64,000 nucleotides of DNA from Phoronis australis (GCA_002633005.1 NMRA01000032.1:910911-974910), one strand, 5' to 3'. Shown: positions 1-14,436, numbered from the stretch's first letter. The notes: generated by a model from the sequence alone, not told the origin. Numbers and translations are program-made.

Positions 1-39
1 AGTGACATCACCCTATCCAATAAGTACACTACTGCTAAC

Positions 40-193
40 CTGGTGTGATTTGACACTCTTCACAGGCACAGAGAAGTCAAAGTACTGTTCAAACTTATAG
101 CTGGTATCCCTCTTTGTCTTGGTCTCATCTGTTTCTGCGGCCTTCTTGGTTGCTTTCCTACAGCTTTCAATGGTCACGTGATGCTGGCTACAC
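40..193 (-). CDS. SRBD1: SRBD1 (Tex-like S1 RNA-binding domain protein 1), coding exon 5; gene continues beyond the left edge
   Basis: AG at 195-194, GTTAGC donor at 39. 154 nt, phase 2 to 0. Encodes CSQHHVTIESCRK...YKFEQYFDFSVPVKSVKSHQ, which resembles the KF..Y..FS..I..I.HHQ segment of SRBD1 as I recall it. Confidence 0.88.
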
Positions 194-239
194 CTAATAA
201 AATAGGACCGTGTGGTATTTTTGTAAAATACCTTCAATA

Positions 240-670
240 CTAGATTTTAACTAAATAAATGTATATAGATTCTAAAAGTTGAAAGCCCAAAGAATTTGAT
301 TTTTGACTCTATACCAATCTGACATCACCAGTAACAGCGTCAATCAACCATGTGATTTTAGAAAAATTTCACAAGAAAAAAGGTATCAAGAACATGACTT
401 TGAGAAAATTTCATTTGATACAGATGTTCAAAATAAAATCTCAAAAACATTACAGTTTTCTGAATTATCGTTTCGTTTTTGTTTCATGCAAATTTTGAAT
501 TTTTTCGTAAAAGTCCTGTTTTTCGGTAGCCCCTAATTTTAAAAACAATTTCCAACAGAGATTTAAAGAAAAATGTATAAAAGCATACTATCCGAAAGTT
601 TTATATGCCATTTATGAGATATTACGCTAGCCAAATCTGGACATTTTTCGGTGGTCTCACGTAACCTTAA
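240..670. mobile_element. Degenerate Kolobok-like non-autonomous element (TTAA-flanked)
   Basis: Ends in ...CACGTAACCTTAA (to 670). Internal sequence resembles 16176-16340, 53839-54240 (opposite orientation) and 60658-60850. Confidence 0.5.
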
Positions 671-1580
671 CCTCTAACTATCCACCTTATTTGAGGCAAT
701 TGTGCAACTTTTGAACTTTATCTAGCCTTAACTTTCACGATAAATTTAGACTTTCAGATTCGTGATACATATATAACAATATTGTTGAATAAGATCAACG
801 TATTTAAATGAAACATTGACTTCAAGCCATAGTAAAATAAATAGTATTATGAAAACGAAAAAATCAAAGAAGTCTTAAGGTACAAATTCTTCAGTTTGGG
901 ATACGTTGTCATACGCTTCAACACGAACAACTTTTAAGAAAATTCTGGTTTGTGTTAGCAAACACCATTTGGTAACAATTTCACAATCATATCTGATGTA
1001 ATAGAGTGAACCAGTGAGAAAATAGCAATTTAACCAAAAAAATATTGTTTTTGTCTGAAAATCAAACATTTTTTCTTTTGATCTCCATGAATTTTAAGCA
1101 GCTGGCTTCAAATTGTAACAACACAGTAAATGGAATTCTTAGATTCTCAAAACACGAATGATCTAAAAATTATGTTCTACATTTCATTCTTCAATTGAAG
1201 TAGAAACTTTTCAAACTGGTACAAAAATAATTCCTAAAATTATGTCTCTATTTTTCAGAGCTTTACCACATTGTTGCAAATTCTCAAATTTCACCAAATA
1301 TTGTTTGGTAACAGCTACACCATACAAACCATGGTAAGTAAATTTTCTTGAAAAGTTGTTCTTGTTGAGAAACTTGACAAAACGAAAATTCACCTGTCCA
1401 CCATATTGTGTCCGAAACTGAAGAATTTTTACTGTACTGCGAAAAAATGATGTAAAGCGAGATACATATTAGCATAATTTACAAAAGCATTTCCAATTGG
1501 TTTGAACGAACACATCTAGGTTTTACTTTCAAAGGATACGCTTAACTTAGTCAAAATTGTCCATTCTGCTAATGACTTAC

Positions 1581-1677
1581 AGATTTCGGACCAATTCTAG
1601 GACTTCTTTGTCTTTAGCCAAAATGTCAGCTATGATGTTTTTAAGATTGGTTTCCACGCTTTTGATGGAGTCAACTC
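1581..1677 (-). CDS. SRBD1: SRBD1 coding exon 4
   Basis: TTTTTAG acceptor, GTAAGT donor. 97 nt, phase 1 to 2. Encodes GVDSIKSVETNLKNIIADILAKDKEVLELVRNL (compare ILADMIAKDK in vertebrate SRBD1). Not in the ORF track. Confidence 0.88.
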
Positions 1678-2100
1678 CTAAAAAATGTAAATCACAAATG
1701 CACCAAGACACTGTCTGTATGTAAGACCAACAAGACTATGTAGTGATCTAGTTCATCCAAAGCAAAGTTTAAAGGTATACCGAGGGCTGTTTAGGTTATA
1801 TGACTACTGTCGTGTTATACGCTCTTGATAGATGGCGCATGCTATCTGGTGATCTGTCTGTTAGTCGCATAAGTAAGGCATGAACAAATAAAAGTGTTAA
1901 GACATCAAGGCTTCGCATATTTAACCATAATTACAATTCACTATTGTACAACTACTACCTTGGGATATCCCATTTTACACAATAACGAGTGTCGAATGAC
2001 TTTACTTAATTTTGATGAAGTCACAAAAATGGAGTCGTGAACTAAGTAAAGTTAACACTACTTGATCTATATGATTATACTATATCCTTATAAAACATAC

Positions 2101-2236
2101 CCTCCTTTCCTTTGATCACCAACTGTTCCAAATTCACGTGTTTTCCGTCCAGAATGCTTAAAGCATTTGGCTCCAACCCCAGCTCTCTGGCACGCTGAGC
2201 TAGAGAGCGTTTGTTGCCTGGTTTAAATGGAGCGTA
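2101..2236 (-). CDS. SRBD1: SRBD1 coding exon 3
   Basis: TTTCAG acceptor, GTATGT donor. 136 nt, phase 0 to 1. Encodes YAPFKPGNKRSLAQRARELGLEP..., the Tex-family Y.P.K...T.A..ARE.GLEP motif. Confidence 0.93.
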
Positions 2237-2925
2237 CTGAAAATGATGATGAGAATAACGTTGTAGGTAAAAAAAAACAAAATAATACATGCAAGCTTTC
2301 TGGATATTCTGAACACAAGGGCTCGTCTAGTTCAACATAGAAGAAAAAAACCAACAGGCAATAATTTCATCACTGGTCTAAAAACACGTGTAAACACAAA
2401 CGAGCATGAGCTGTTTTTACATCTCTTAAAGCACTTTTTAATGCCCATCTTATTATGATATTTTCATTCATATTCTTGGTACATATATTTTGTCATAATA
2501 AATGACCTTATTTCGCCAACCTTTGTCTCCTTTTCATCTCTGGTAACAAGCTTGTGACGCACATATCTTATCATATGTCATGATGTCATGGACGATTTTA
2601 AAACTTTGGGTGACCTGATATTCACTAGGTGGTGATAATGAAAAAAAAAACAGTTTGCTTTTTAATATCTGAATAGTTTGAGAGCAGAAAACAGTTGATC
2701 AATGTTGGTTAATTCGTGAGACAATAAGCCCACGTGATTGATGGGATGTCTATGGATGGGACCTGTTCCACTAGTGCCACCTAGTGAAATTACAGATTCT
2801 CATTGTAAAGCGCTTAGGTCAATGAAGCTAAATAAATACTAAAATTATTTGTAACAAAAAGTGATAGAAGACATGCACAATGGATGAATACCACTGCAAA
2901 ATCTCTAAAATATCTGCATGCTTAC

Positions 2926-3043
2926 CAGCAAATCTAATTCAGTTGATGACTGGACATTCAAGAACGCCTCATGGAGTTTAGGGGTGAGCTTGTCCGACTT
3001 CTTTAAAGATTCTATAACACTGCATACTTTAGCCTGCAAGTTC
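2926..3043 (-). CDS. SRBD1: SRBD1 coding exon 2
   Basis: TTTTAG acceptor, GTAAG donor. 118 nt, phase 2 to 0. Encodes NLQAKVCSVIESLKKSDKLTPKLHEAFLNVQSSTELDLL, matching the Tex_N region. Confidence 0.9.
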
Positions 3044-3310
3044 CTAAAATGAAGAAAAAGACTCGTCAACAAATATATACTTTAAAACGCTGAAGTACAA
3101 AGTGGACAATAAGAAAGAAATTCTAAAATGTGAAGCATGAGCAAAAATACACTTATATGTTGTTCAGCAAAATTCAATTTCCTAAGTTACCAATCTGACA
3201 TTAACTCATTCCATCCTAAAGGTGACAGCTGGTGTGGAAATACATTTGTATTCAGAGTCAGAGCTCTACCATGTAAACAATGTCTCTAAGTGGCCAGATG
3301 TCAACTTCAT

Positions 3311-3487
3311 GAGATCCACAACCAAACCATCTATTCATGGCTTATAACTTAGAATGTAAATATATCCCCAGTTCCCAATCCAAACAAATTGAAGACTAGA
3401 GGAGATCCACAACCCAATCATCTATTTATGGCTGAAATTTTAGAATGTAAGGATATCCCTATTTCCCAATCTAAACATGTTGAAGAC
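3311..3487. repeat. Diverged 91-bp tandem duplication in an SRBD1 intron
   Basis: GAGATCCACAACC...TTGAAGAC starts at 3311 and again at 3402. Confidence 0.8.
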
Positions 3488-5634
3488 ATTTGAACCTGCC
3501 TAAGTTTCAGTACCCTGTCACTAATGTCATTGGTTAATCAAATCCATGTACCCCAGTATGTACATTTCCTTTTTTGAACCGACCAAATAAGTATCCTAAG
3601 AAACAGGTCTTCCCACAAGTGAATCTGTGTTAGCTATTCCTAAGAATATCGAATGAAAAACTTCAACTTTAATGTTTTTATAAAACATAAATCAGTATTT
3701 TTGGAAGAACATGGAGAAATGTATCAAGTCTCAGAAACATTTGACGTAGTAATTTTGTTTTTTCATGATCATAATTAAAATCAATGTCAATGAAAATTAC
3801 ATATGTTCATTTGGAAATTATTTGAGTAGTAAATTATTTACATTGTTCGAGTAATAAGGTTTTATTGGGAGCAGCAATGCTGACCTAGTTTTGCTCCAAT
3901 AGCTGTCTAACTCCGAGGTTCTAGACATACGTTTACACTGTCCAGAGTTATTTTTACCATACGGTAACCAGGGTCAGATGAGGTCACCTGAGTCACATGA
4001 CACATGACCACATTCTAAGTGAAACTGATCTAAACAGAAAAGTACATGCATTAATTAACACTACAAAGGTATGAATAAGATTAACCAAATTTCTTTTGAC
4101 ACAAATATCCCAACAAGAAACCTCAAAAATGCCATCACAGATTTCTAAAATAACTTTCTGTTTTTGTTTTATTCGACTTAAAACTTATTCTAAATAAGAT
4201 TGAAAACTGCAAAAATTGAACATTTTAAAACAAAACAAGAGTTTCGGAGAAGAATTAAATAAAACACAGTGTTGCAAATTTTACACAACATAAAAACAGA
4301 ACAGTTGCATCTATATATATTAAACACTTCTCACATTACCAGCAATATTGAAACCGTGAATTGCGCATGCGCGAAAATCACTCAGTTAGCCCCCTTCAGA
4401 ATACATGGGATTCGCAGAAAACACAGCGTGAGGGTCTTATTTATGAATCAATCACATTTGCCGATAGCACATAACATAGATAAGTATTTTGTTAAAAACG
4501 TGGCCAAGTTTCAGCAAAATTGGAAAAAATTTTATGTTTAACATGGTATGGTCGAAGTTTTGGCTTATTTTGTCGCTTCGATCAGTGGAATCGCCGCTAA
4601 AAACCCGAAAGTGCATGTGAGAAAACGATAATTTTCGACCAAGCCTTTCATGTGCGGTTAGTTGCCGATAGACCCAACAGATGTCAGTATAATCAAGATT
4701 GAAATGTAGGATTTTGAAGAAAATTAGACAAAATTTTGTATTTAACATGGGGTCGCCGAAAATTGCCAATTTTGGCCTTTTGATTTCAGTTTATCGTCAT
4801 AGACTAGCATTATTGGGTCTAGTTAATTCGAAGTTTTTGGTTAAATCACTGATAATATTCACACCAGTATACTAATAAACGTTTTCTCTATATATAACAA
4901 TTTGATTCCAATGCTTAAGTAGTGCGTACAACAGGGATTAGCCCTTGACCGGCCCGGCCCATAGCGCGGGAGCTAAGAATTCAGCTTTAGGCCAAAGTAG
5001 CTATGTGCGGAAAACTCAGCCACCTGAGGTGTTTACGATCCACTTCAGAGAAAAAAAACCTCGTTGTACCTAACAATAATTTGTTTCCGAGTACTTCGGG
5101 TATGGTTTAAAATTGAAAGGGGTCATTACAAGTTGAATTTATGAGAATTGTATTGTTGCATTGCGAACTGAAAACTAGTCGATTGACGGGTAGTGCGAGA
5201 AAAGGCAACGAGTAAGGACAGCTTTGATTTGCTTACGAGTGGTGACTCATGATTGGCCAGACATCTGTAATAATATGTTTTGTCTTTCCTTTTCAACGGA
5301 ATATATTTGAACTTTGGTAATTTTGGGCTACAAAATGTAGAACAACCTTTCTGGTGCTTCTAACCAGCCACGCGGAGAGTGAAGCGCTAACTGGTCCATA
5401 AGCGATGACCTAGTTTTCGCAGAGAACCTGGCGGATGACCTAGTTTACGAATTGCTGGTAATGACGCAACATGAAAATAGCATCATAATTTAAATTGGGC
5501 ACGGATCAAGAACGTGCGACACATGGTACACCTGAAAGATCCATTTGAACTTGAAATCCATTTAGGAGATATGACATTAATTACAAAGTTAGCCAAACAA
5601 TTTTTTTGCAGCATTAATTATCACCTTTACTTAC

Positions 5635-5822
5635 ATCAGAGATTCATATAACTTCTGTAATTGCCGTAGCATCTCAGGACCTAAGTTGTTTGTCTGCTCT
5701 TTTCTGTAGCGAGCAATGAATGGTATCGTACATTCCTGTTCCAATAAGTTGACCACGTTCTCAACAACCCATTTCTCAATATCTAGTTCCCTCACAATCA
5801 CGTCAATGGCACTCCACGACAT
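5635..5822 (-). CDS. SRBD1: SRBD1 coding exon 1 (Tex_N domain start)
   Basis: GTTTCAG acceptor, then A-ATG (ATG at 5822). Encodes MSWSAIDVIVRELDIEKWVVENVVNLLEQECTIPFIARYRKEQTNNL...; TIPFIARYRKE is the Tex/SRBD1 signature. GTAAGT donor, phase 2. Confidence 0.93.
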
Positions 5823-6564
5823 TCTGAAACAGGAATAACACAAAGCGTTGATATGCAACCACCGACTGCAGTGCAGAGCACAGTGGAGCTTAGTATAACT
5901 TATCTACTTATTGCGCAAAATTATAACTGCCAAAACTGTCATTTTCCATATTTCAACGGGTAATAATAGTAACAAGACGATGGTTTAATCAGTGTGAGGT
6001 ATAATTTGCCGAAAAGCTTCGGTGGTACGGAGGACCTCTGGCTATAGGATGGCCACTGTCTCTGTCGCGACATCTCTACTTGGGCCAGCATTAGGAATCT
6101 TTTAGTAACAGGATTTACACGCAATTAATGGACGAGAAAGTGTGCACTGTTTGTCCTAGAGTATCCAGCGAAGTCCTCGGCACATCAAACGCTTGATGGT
6201 GCAGTCACAGATTGAAGTGATCCAATTGCTATTCATACGCTTGGCTGAACGTGCTGCATGAGATAATTATGATTCTATACAAACCAAGACGCATACGCTT
6301 AGCGTACAATCGAGTTTCTAAGTAAAAAATAAACCAAACAATAAGTGAGGCAAACGACCAACAGGGTTGCCTTTAAATTTGAAAAATTGATATCAGCCAT
6401 CTTGGGATTTCCAAAATCGATGCATTGTAAGAGTAATTAGTAAATTGTTTTTCTTCAGCATTGTGGCTAAGCCACGAGCATTATTAATTTTTTTAATGGA
6501 TTAGGGCGGGTTAGTCACAGTCTGGCTTAGACTCGCTTAGGCGTTGGGCTAACAAAACCCCAGC

Positions 6565-7709
6565 AGGTGGTTTAACAAAACCAGGTTTAAGACTTAAACC
6601 TGGTCTTCCTAAACCTGGTCTAATTTTAGACCTAACTTGCATTTCACCAACGTGGATTAAGAGTCTGAAAGCCTGGTTTTGCTAGACCAGGGAGCTGGTT
6701 CAGTAGAACCAGGTTTAAAGTATCAAAGGCACCCAACAGTGTCGAGCTGGGTAAACCCAACAAAGAAACTATTGAAGTGCTTCAATGAAATCTTGATCAC
6801 GTGGGTATAGAATGGCATACACCAGTAGAATCAGTGCAGACATTTACGACAAAGGTCTAAAAGCTTTTCTCATGAGGAAAAATGTAATTTGTGTGCCCAA
6901 CACACACACATTAAAGAACATGCTCACGGTTAGATGTAACATGATAAATGCCCAAATTTATTTCCGTGTCATTTTAGTTTTTATTTTTCGCGGCCAAGAC
7001 CCCTTCCCGGCAACATTGAATTGGAGAACAGTGGAGGTGGAACTCAGTCAGAAGAATCAGAGGATGCTGTCTTAAGTCAAATCCGTAGGGCTTGCGACGA
7101 TGAGATCTGCTCGACCAGTCGTATTCTGAGGAATCCGCAGGACACACTCCAGCACGTACTGGTCTACGCATAGGCGGATCCAGGGGGGTCAAGGGGTCCG
7201 AAGCCCCCTTTTTCCCTTGCTTTTAATGATATCAAATCTATAATTTTCAAATTGTTGACTTGGTCCCCCTTTCAAAAAGTCCTTGACCGTCCCCTCTCCT
7301 TTAAAAAATCCTGGATCCGCCTCTGCTACGTTTGATCTCGTGTCGTAGTAAACCTGAATAATGAAAATAGTCCATTTTCGCTCTAAAACTGCGTCGCAAT
7401 TGCACACCGCGCCATCGTTCAGTTGTACCCATACCATGCAAGTCTGACATATTTAACAGTTAAACCTGGGTCTGACCAAGTCTAAAGTTAAACATGGTTT
7501 AAGATCTTAATACAGGTCTAAAGAATATAGACCTCATTTGTGAAATGAAAACTGACTTAGACCAGGCCTAAACTGGAGTTAAACCAGGTTTTACAAGACC
7601 ACTGGTCTAAAGTTAAACCACCTTTATGAAATGCATATTATCATTAAACCTGGTCTAAAAGTCCAGTTTAAACCTGGTTTAACTTTAAACCACCTTTATG
7701 AAATCGGCT
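6565..7709. mobile_element. Non-autonomous DNA transposon with multiple TTAAACC/AGACC subterminal repeats (PIF/Harbinger-like)
   Basis: Dense AAACCTGGT/ACCAGGTTT/GGTCTAA motifs at 6565-6720 and 7450-7709. AGGTGGTTTAA on the left is inverted relative to TTAAACCACCT on the right. The left terminus looks truncated. Confidence 0.6.
7169..7325. mobile_element. 157-bp MITE with 16-bp TIRs and 5-bp TSD, nested in the Harbinger-like element
   Basis: CATAGGCGGATCCAGG ... CCTGGATCCGCCTCTG (15/16 inverted match), flanked by the direct repeat CTACG at 7164-7168 and 7326-7330. Confidence 0.85.
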
Positions 7710-8272
7710 GCAGATGTTTGCATAGCAGTTGTCTCACGAGTTCACAAGTACTGTCAGAGTGTACTACTAGTACTAGTACTGTAGAGTGTAAGGTACAGTC
7801 TACTGACTGCTGACTGCTGTTGCAGTGCTTCCAGTGCTTGCACTATGGTCCGACTGCTGTGTGACAGTAGTGTGTGGGTGGGAGCACTGGAATAAAATAA
7901 AAACAAACAAACCTTTCCAACTGGGCGTGCGTTTACTGGCATGTAAAACGGAATTACAGTAAAAATAGAAATTTAAACTAATTTAAACTTTGGCCGGCCT
8001 GGGGCAGAATCTCCGATAATTCATTTTTCCCGCAACGTTTAACAGAGCGACATCTCTCGAGAATTTGAAAAGTATGAGTGTGCAAACAGAATAACACCTT
8101 TATTTAGAATTTTACAAATCTTTATATTGAGTTCATTCATGGTTTAACATTTTTAGAAGATGAATGGGCAACAAGACATGTACAAAAGAAAAACACATTC
8201 TGTGGTCATATCTATATATTGAATAATGACATCATTAAATGACACGACTTATCTCCCATGTCACACTTTGAG

Positions 8273-8380
8273 TGACGTCATGTGCAAGGGGCGTCAAAGT
8301 CGCCATCTTGCTTAGTTGGAAGTGTAGGAAAGACTCAAGTAATCGACTTAAATCACTTCCATCCGACGATATTTATTTAC
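8273..8380. promoter_or_regulatory. Putative bidirectional promoter for SRBD1 and Rab11
   Basis: Perfect CRE TGACGTCA at 8273-8280, YY1-type CGCCATCTTG at 8301-8310, and ETS-type GGAAGT and CACTTCC cores. Lies between divergent genes, 150-250 bp upstream of the Rab11 ATG. Confidence 0.65.
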
Positions 8381-8521
8381 ATTCGTTTTGTTTTTAGTGT
8401 CTTTGACGACTATTCTGTATATGGGAGAGTTTTGATCAAGGAGAAGTTTATCTTTGGAAGGAAACGGTACCCTTAGTCTAGAGGCTTGTAACTGACCAGT
8501 CACAGTTGAAAAAGGGACAAA

Positions 8522-8561
8522 ATGAGTGCTAAGGACGATGAATATGACTATTTATTTAAAG
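8522..8561 (+). CDS. RAB11: Rab11 coding exon 1
   Basis: ATG at 8522. Encodes MSAKDDEYDYLFK plus G; donor GTAATG at 8562. Confidence 0.96.
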
Positions 8562-11101
8562 GTAATGTTTTAACAATGGTTCTGTGCTTTCGCAATTAAT
8601 GTGCATAACGTGAGTGTTAAAATCCTCACCCTGTTCATTGCAACAAAATATAATTGAATAGGCTTGATCTTGGTACAACCACTTCCGTGTTTCTGCGTCG
8701 TTAAGTTGAGCCAGAAAAATATTGACGGCAAATGACAGTAGTTTTAAAAAAGTGCTGGGGATGTATACATTGGGGTGAATCCACGTAATTCCATGAGTTT
8801 CCCCAATGTTCTATTCTTCACATTCACGAAAATGTGTGTTAGTAGTCACTGGGTCTTGGATTTCGTGGATGTGGTAATCACTGAAGTGAATGGTGAGAGT
8901 AATAGTCATGTTGGTGGGTCCCTGATTGAAAGTGATTTGAAAATCAGTTACTCCTACTGAATAACTGAGGGTAACTGGTTCTCAAGTCGGGGACCCAGCT
9001 GTTTATTACTGGTGAGTGTTATTCAGTTGACGAAAATGACAAAATGGGACGGATTGGCAATGCAAGATATTCAAAAGGCATTCAGATATTGTGCATCTCT
9101 TATGATGCATGGTGATATTAAGAGAAAGCGACATCTTTTCAAAATTGCAAAAACATATCTTACAGGTTCAGAACACGGCCCTGGTTCTCATAATAAAATT
9201 AATAATGATAATCTGTGAGAGTAGTTTTGTGAAGAATTTATTTGATGATTAAAAGTTAACAAATTTGGTTATTTTTTATCAGAACATGTTTGTAGAAAGC
9301 ACATTTAACTGAAGCCTGTCGTTGATCTGCAAGGGTTAACGGATCCCTCCAGTTTCTTATCAGGAAACTCTTATCGCCACCTGGCTGTACCAGGAGGTTC
9401 TTTGCAGTTGGTGGCATAGAAAAACATGTTTGACTTTGTGAACAGACTTTCTTACAGTGAATGTATTTAGACGCCACGTGTTCTTGAAATTGTCTCCTAG
9501 TCCTCTAGAAGGCAGTGGTATCCAGACTCTTTGCTCAGTCACCTTTTTGCTATTTGAAAGTCTCATTGTTCAAGAGATTGGCTGGTTATTGTGCAAGGAG
9601 TATGCCTTCGTCATGTTGAAGAACTACTTGATAACACCCTTGGCCTTCAGGGGATGTAATTTCGCTTCTAAGGCAGCTCTCAACATGACGTCTATCCAGA
9701 TTATGGAAGCAGCAGTCCTTAGTTATTCTGTTAAAGCTGCAAAACTGGTGTCATTACTTTTAGTGTAGACCACATAGTGCTATAACGTGTTGTTCTTCAC
9801 TCAGATGAGAAGGGATTTCTGAGCTTGGATAGGGCTGGTGTAGTTATTGCTTTAGACTGTGCTCATTGTGTCATGTGACCTGCTGTGACAAGATATATCT
9901 GTTGTTCTTGTCTCGTAATAATGAAATGGTAGTTCTTTCCAGCCCAGAAATCATTTCGAAGTTGAGGTCGGAACGAGTTGATGTCAATTTCATGTTAGTG
10001 CTCTAAACCAACATAATGCAGGTTTACAGCCAGGATTCAAATTTAGCACATCCTAAGTGACAAAAAGTGTTGTGGCCCTAATTATTCCGGATTATGGTAG
10101 TTGAGCCAAACTTCTTTATTTAGATTTCTCGTGTCAGACAAATGAATTAATTTTCCAATATGGACTGCCTCCTGGCTGTAAGGGATAGAGAGATAAAATG
10201 AGTGGATGACCTCAATCGATTGAAATTCTCCTCGTACATGCTGCATGCAGATGAGTCATCTTTTGTCATAAATAAATACCCTGGCAACTGCCAGCTGGCT
10301 GTGGCTGAACAAGTGTCACTGGTATTCTTAGCTGGAGGAAATAATCAATTTGGCTGTGCTGGTTGTAACCAGGCCTTCATCTAGTCGAGAGCATCCAAAT
10401 GTCCACTCTCACTCAAATTTATATACCCTAAGACACGTTTATTAAGCAATTTTAAGCCCTGTTCGGCATTTGGACGATAAGCATTGGTGTGTCGCTAAAG
10501 TTGATAACAGTAGCTCATTGGCTTGTCCAGAATGAAAAAGTTACAAAAAGCGGCATTAAAGCCAGGCTTTCTGTTAAAAACGAAGTTTTGATGTAGTCGT
10601 GTACCATTATGAAAGTGGCCTCAAATCGTTTGTTACTCAAAGTAAGTGTGATTTATGGGAATATCGGACAGTTTGTTATAGCTCGAATAATTTTTGTCAG
10701 GTGACCTGAAGAATTGGGGAAACCCATTTTGACATGAGGCAATAGATGAGGTGTCCCCAGTGGATAACATGGGCACCAAGTTTTTTTGATTTTTTTTTTT
10801 GTTACTGTGCTATGATAGGGGCTACACTGTCATGTTCGTCTCACAGCTGTTCATGTTAGGCCGAAATCGTCACTGTTCATTATAGATAGACGCAGTGCCG
10901 ATTGTAGTGTCAATCTAACTTCTTGCTTCATAAGCTCTTTTTCTTATTGCACAGTCACTTTATCTCTTAAGCTTCAAGCCCATTGCCACTGGTTAATTGC
11001 TGTTGAGGAATTTGTCCAAATCTCAAGTGAAAAAGGCGAAATGCCACTCATGGGATGGATGACATAACAGTTGGCTGCAAACAGTAATTGCACAGATATC
11101 C

Positions 11102-11185
11102 GGTCTCAGTAGCTCAGTGATGAGAGCACTAGACCAGCTATCTGGAGACCTGATTCGGTTCCCAATTGGGGTTCCTGATTTTTCT
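11102..11185 (+). mobile_element. tRNA-derived SINE head or tRNA pseudogene relic
   Basis: GGTCTCAGTAGCTCAGTGATGAGAGCACTAGAC... has an A-box-like TAGCTCAGTG and a degenerate B-box (GATTCGGTTCC), followed by a T-run. Confidence 0.45.
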
Positions 11186-11484
11186 GTGTTTATTTGATAT
11201 AATGGCCAACATCACTGAAGGTGGCCTACAGTAGTCCCGTCTTGATGTATTCTTAGCAACCTGTAATGTCATATTGAGTTCAGATTTTGTTGGGAAAGGA
11301 GTGAGTGGTCTTAAGTTGTCTTGGGTTTTTAAATGTGCCACATCAACTTTGACTAGTTTCATTTCGTCTTTGGTAGTCCATTATAGTGTGTGGACATAAG
11401 CTAGCAAAGACTGAGAACAACACAGGACTCGGAATTTGGTAGTGCCTTACTTTGGTGAGCCATTGAATTTGTGATGTACCGTAA

Positions 11485-11619
<135 letters not shown>

Positions 11620-12751
11620 TGACTGACCTCATTCATGCTGCTACAGTGTTCTCTAGAACAGGAGGTTTAAAGCTGCATTTCATCCTGTTTAGCAGGAATT
11701 GGGTCTTTTGCTCTTTATAATGAAATCCATGTCATAATATTCCTTAGCGTGATAGGAGTCGACTTCCGCTACCATCAAGAACGTCGAAACTCTCAGTTTA
11801 TTGGGGTTGGCCTATCTTTAAAATTGCGAATGTGAAAGTAGCACATGTACATTTTGCCTGCAACACAAGCTGCCAGCTCATTTGTCAACAATTCAAGATC
11901 TGAGAGTGGTAGTGTTTTTGAATCCCAAAATGCTTTGGTTAATAGTTCATCATTGATGGCTAAACAGCGACTAAATGCCCCTTTATGTTGGACAGGAATT
12001 ACTATATTTCACATTTGTCAACCGAATGGCAGGTGGGCCAAACTCTTGTCAAAATTCCAACTTGTTACCTGTTATCCAAACATGTTGTGGAGAACACGGC
12101 AAGGTCTGTCATGTAAATACTGTGTGTCATGACACAGATCAGTTAAGACGTCCTAATGAATGAAGTAATTGATAAACACTGTTTTAGTCCTTGCTCAGAT
12201 TTTCGTTGGCCGCATGCTAAGCAGCACAAGATTTGAGGGACATTTAAACTTTGCCGACTCGGGTATTCCGATGATGATTGAAGTGCATTTTTGTCCGATT
12301 TTTTTGCCAGAAAGTAAAAACGGCCTATTTTGTCATAAATTTTACAGCGATGCACTCTTGAACTGATAGTTCACCAAGCGAGAGCACTAATATTTTGCCG
12401 CATAATTATAGTGCTTTAACTTTACTAGTACTGATTGCTTCTTTGTAATGTCCTACAAAAGCAGTGTGTTACATGATTTGTAAAGCAGCATTTGCTTAGT
12501 ACTTGCCAAATTTTGCCTGGTTTCTCACTTCCAGTCAACTAATTCTTCGCCCATTTAACAGAATATGGCGGACAGGTGAATTTTTATTTCGCAAGATTCC
12601 CCGACACGAATGATTTGCCCTGTTTAGATATCAGGAAAGAATGTTTGTTGAAGGTCTCATTATTGGCGGCAAAATAATCAGCATTTGAAAAATTTAAAGA
12701 GGACAAATTTGGGAAATGTTTTTGTACAAAATAAGTGGAGAAATATCGTAG

Positions 12752-14067
<1,316 letters not shown>

Positions 14068-14436
14068 CGGCAGTTTTCAACAATTTTGTAACTGCCAAAT
14101 CTATTTTCAGACTGCTAATACAAAGACATTGTCTGATATTTAAGAAATATGGTGCCAAAATTCGCCATCATGGAAATTCAATTTCACCTTATATTTTGGG
14201 AACCAGATTTTAGAGACTACCAATCTGGAGAATGTTTACAGTAATCTGGTGTCACGTGCTCACAGGGAGGTGGTTGTTGCCTGTTGCAGCGTTTCATCCA
14301 CTTAATCTCAAATAGTCCTGATATCTTTATTTCTCTGCAGTGTACATCCTTTCCAACTGCTCAATGTTGGTGATGCTGCATGGCTTGTAGGATATCGGGT
14401 GGAACGTTCATGATTTATGTTCTTGGAAATGAAGTC

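Noticed and set aside
11102-11185. Functional tRNA gene
   Set aside because: The B-box is degenerate and no clean cloverleaf forms; kept only as a SINE or pseudogene relic.
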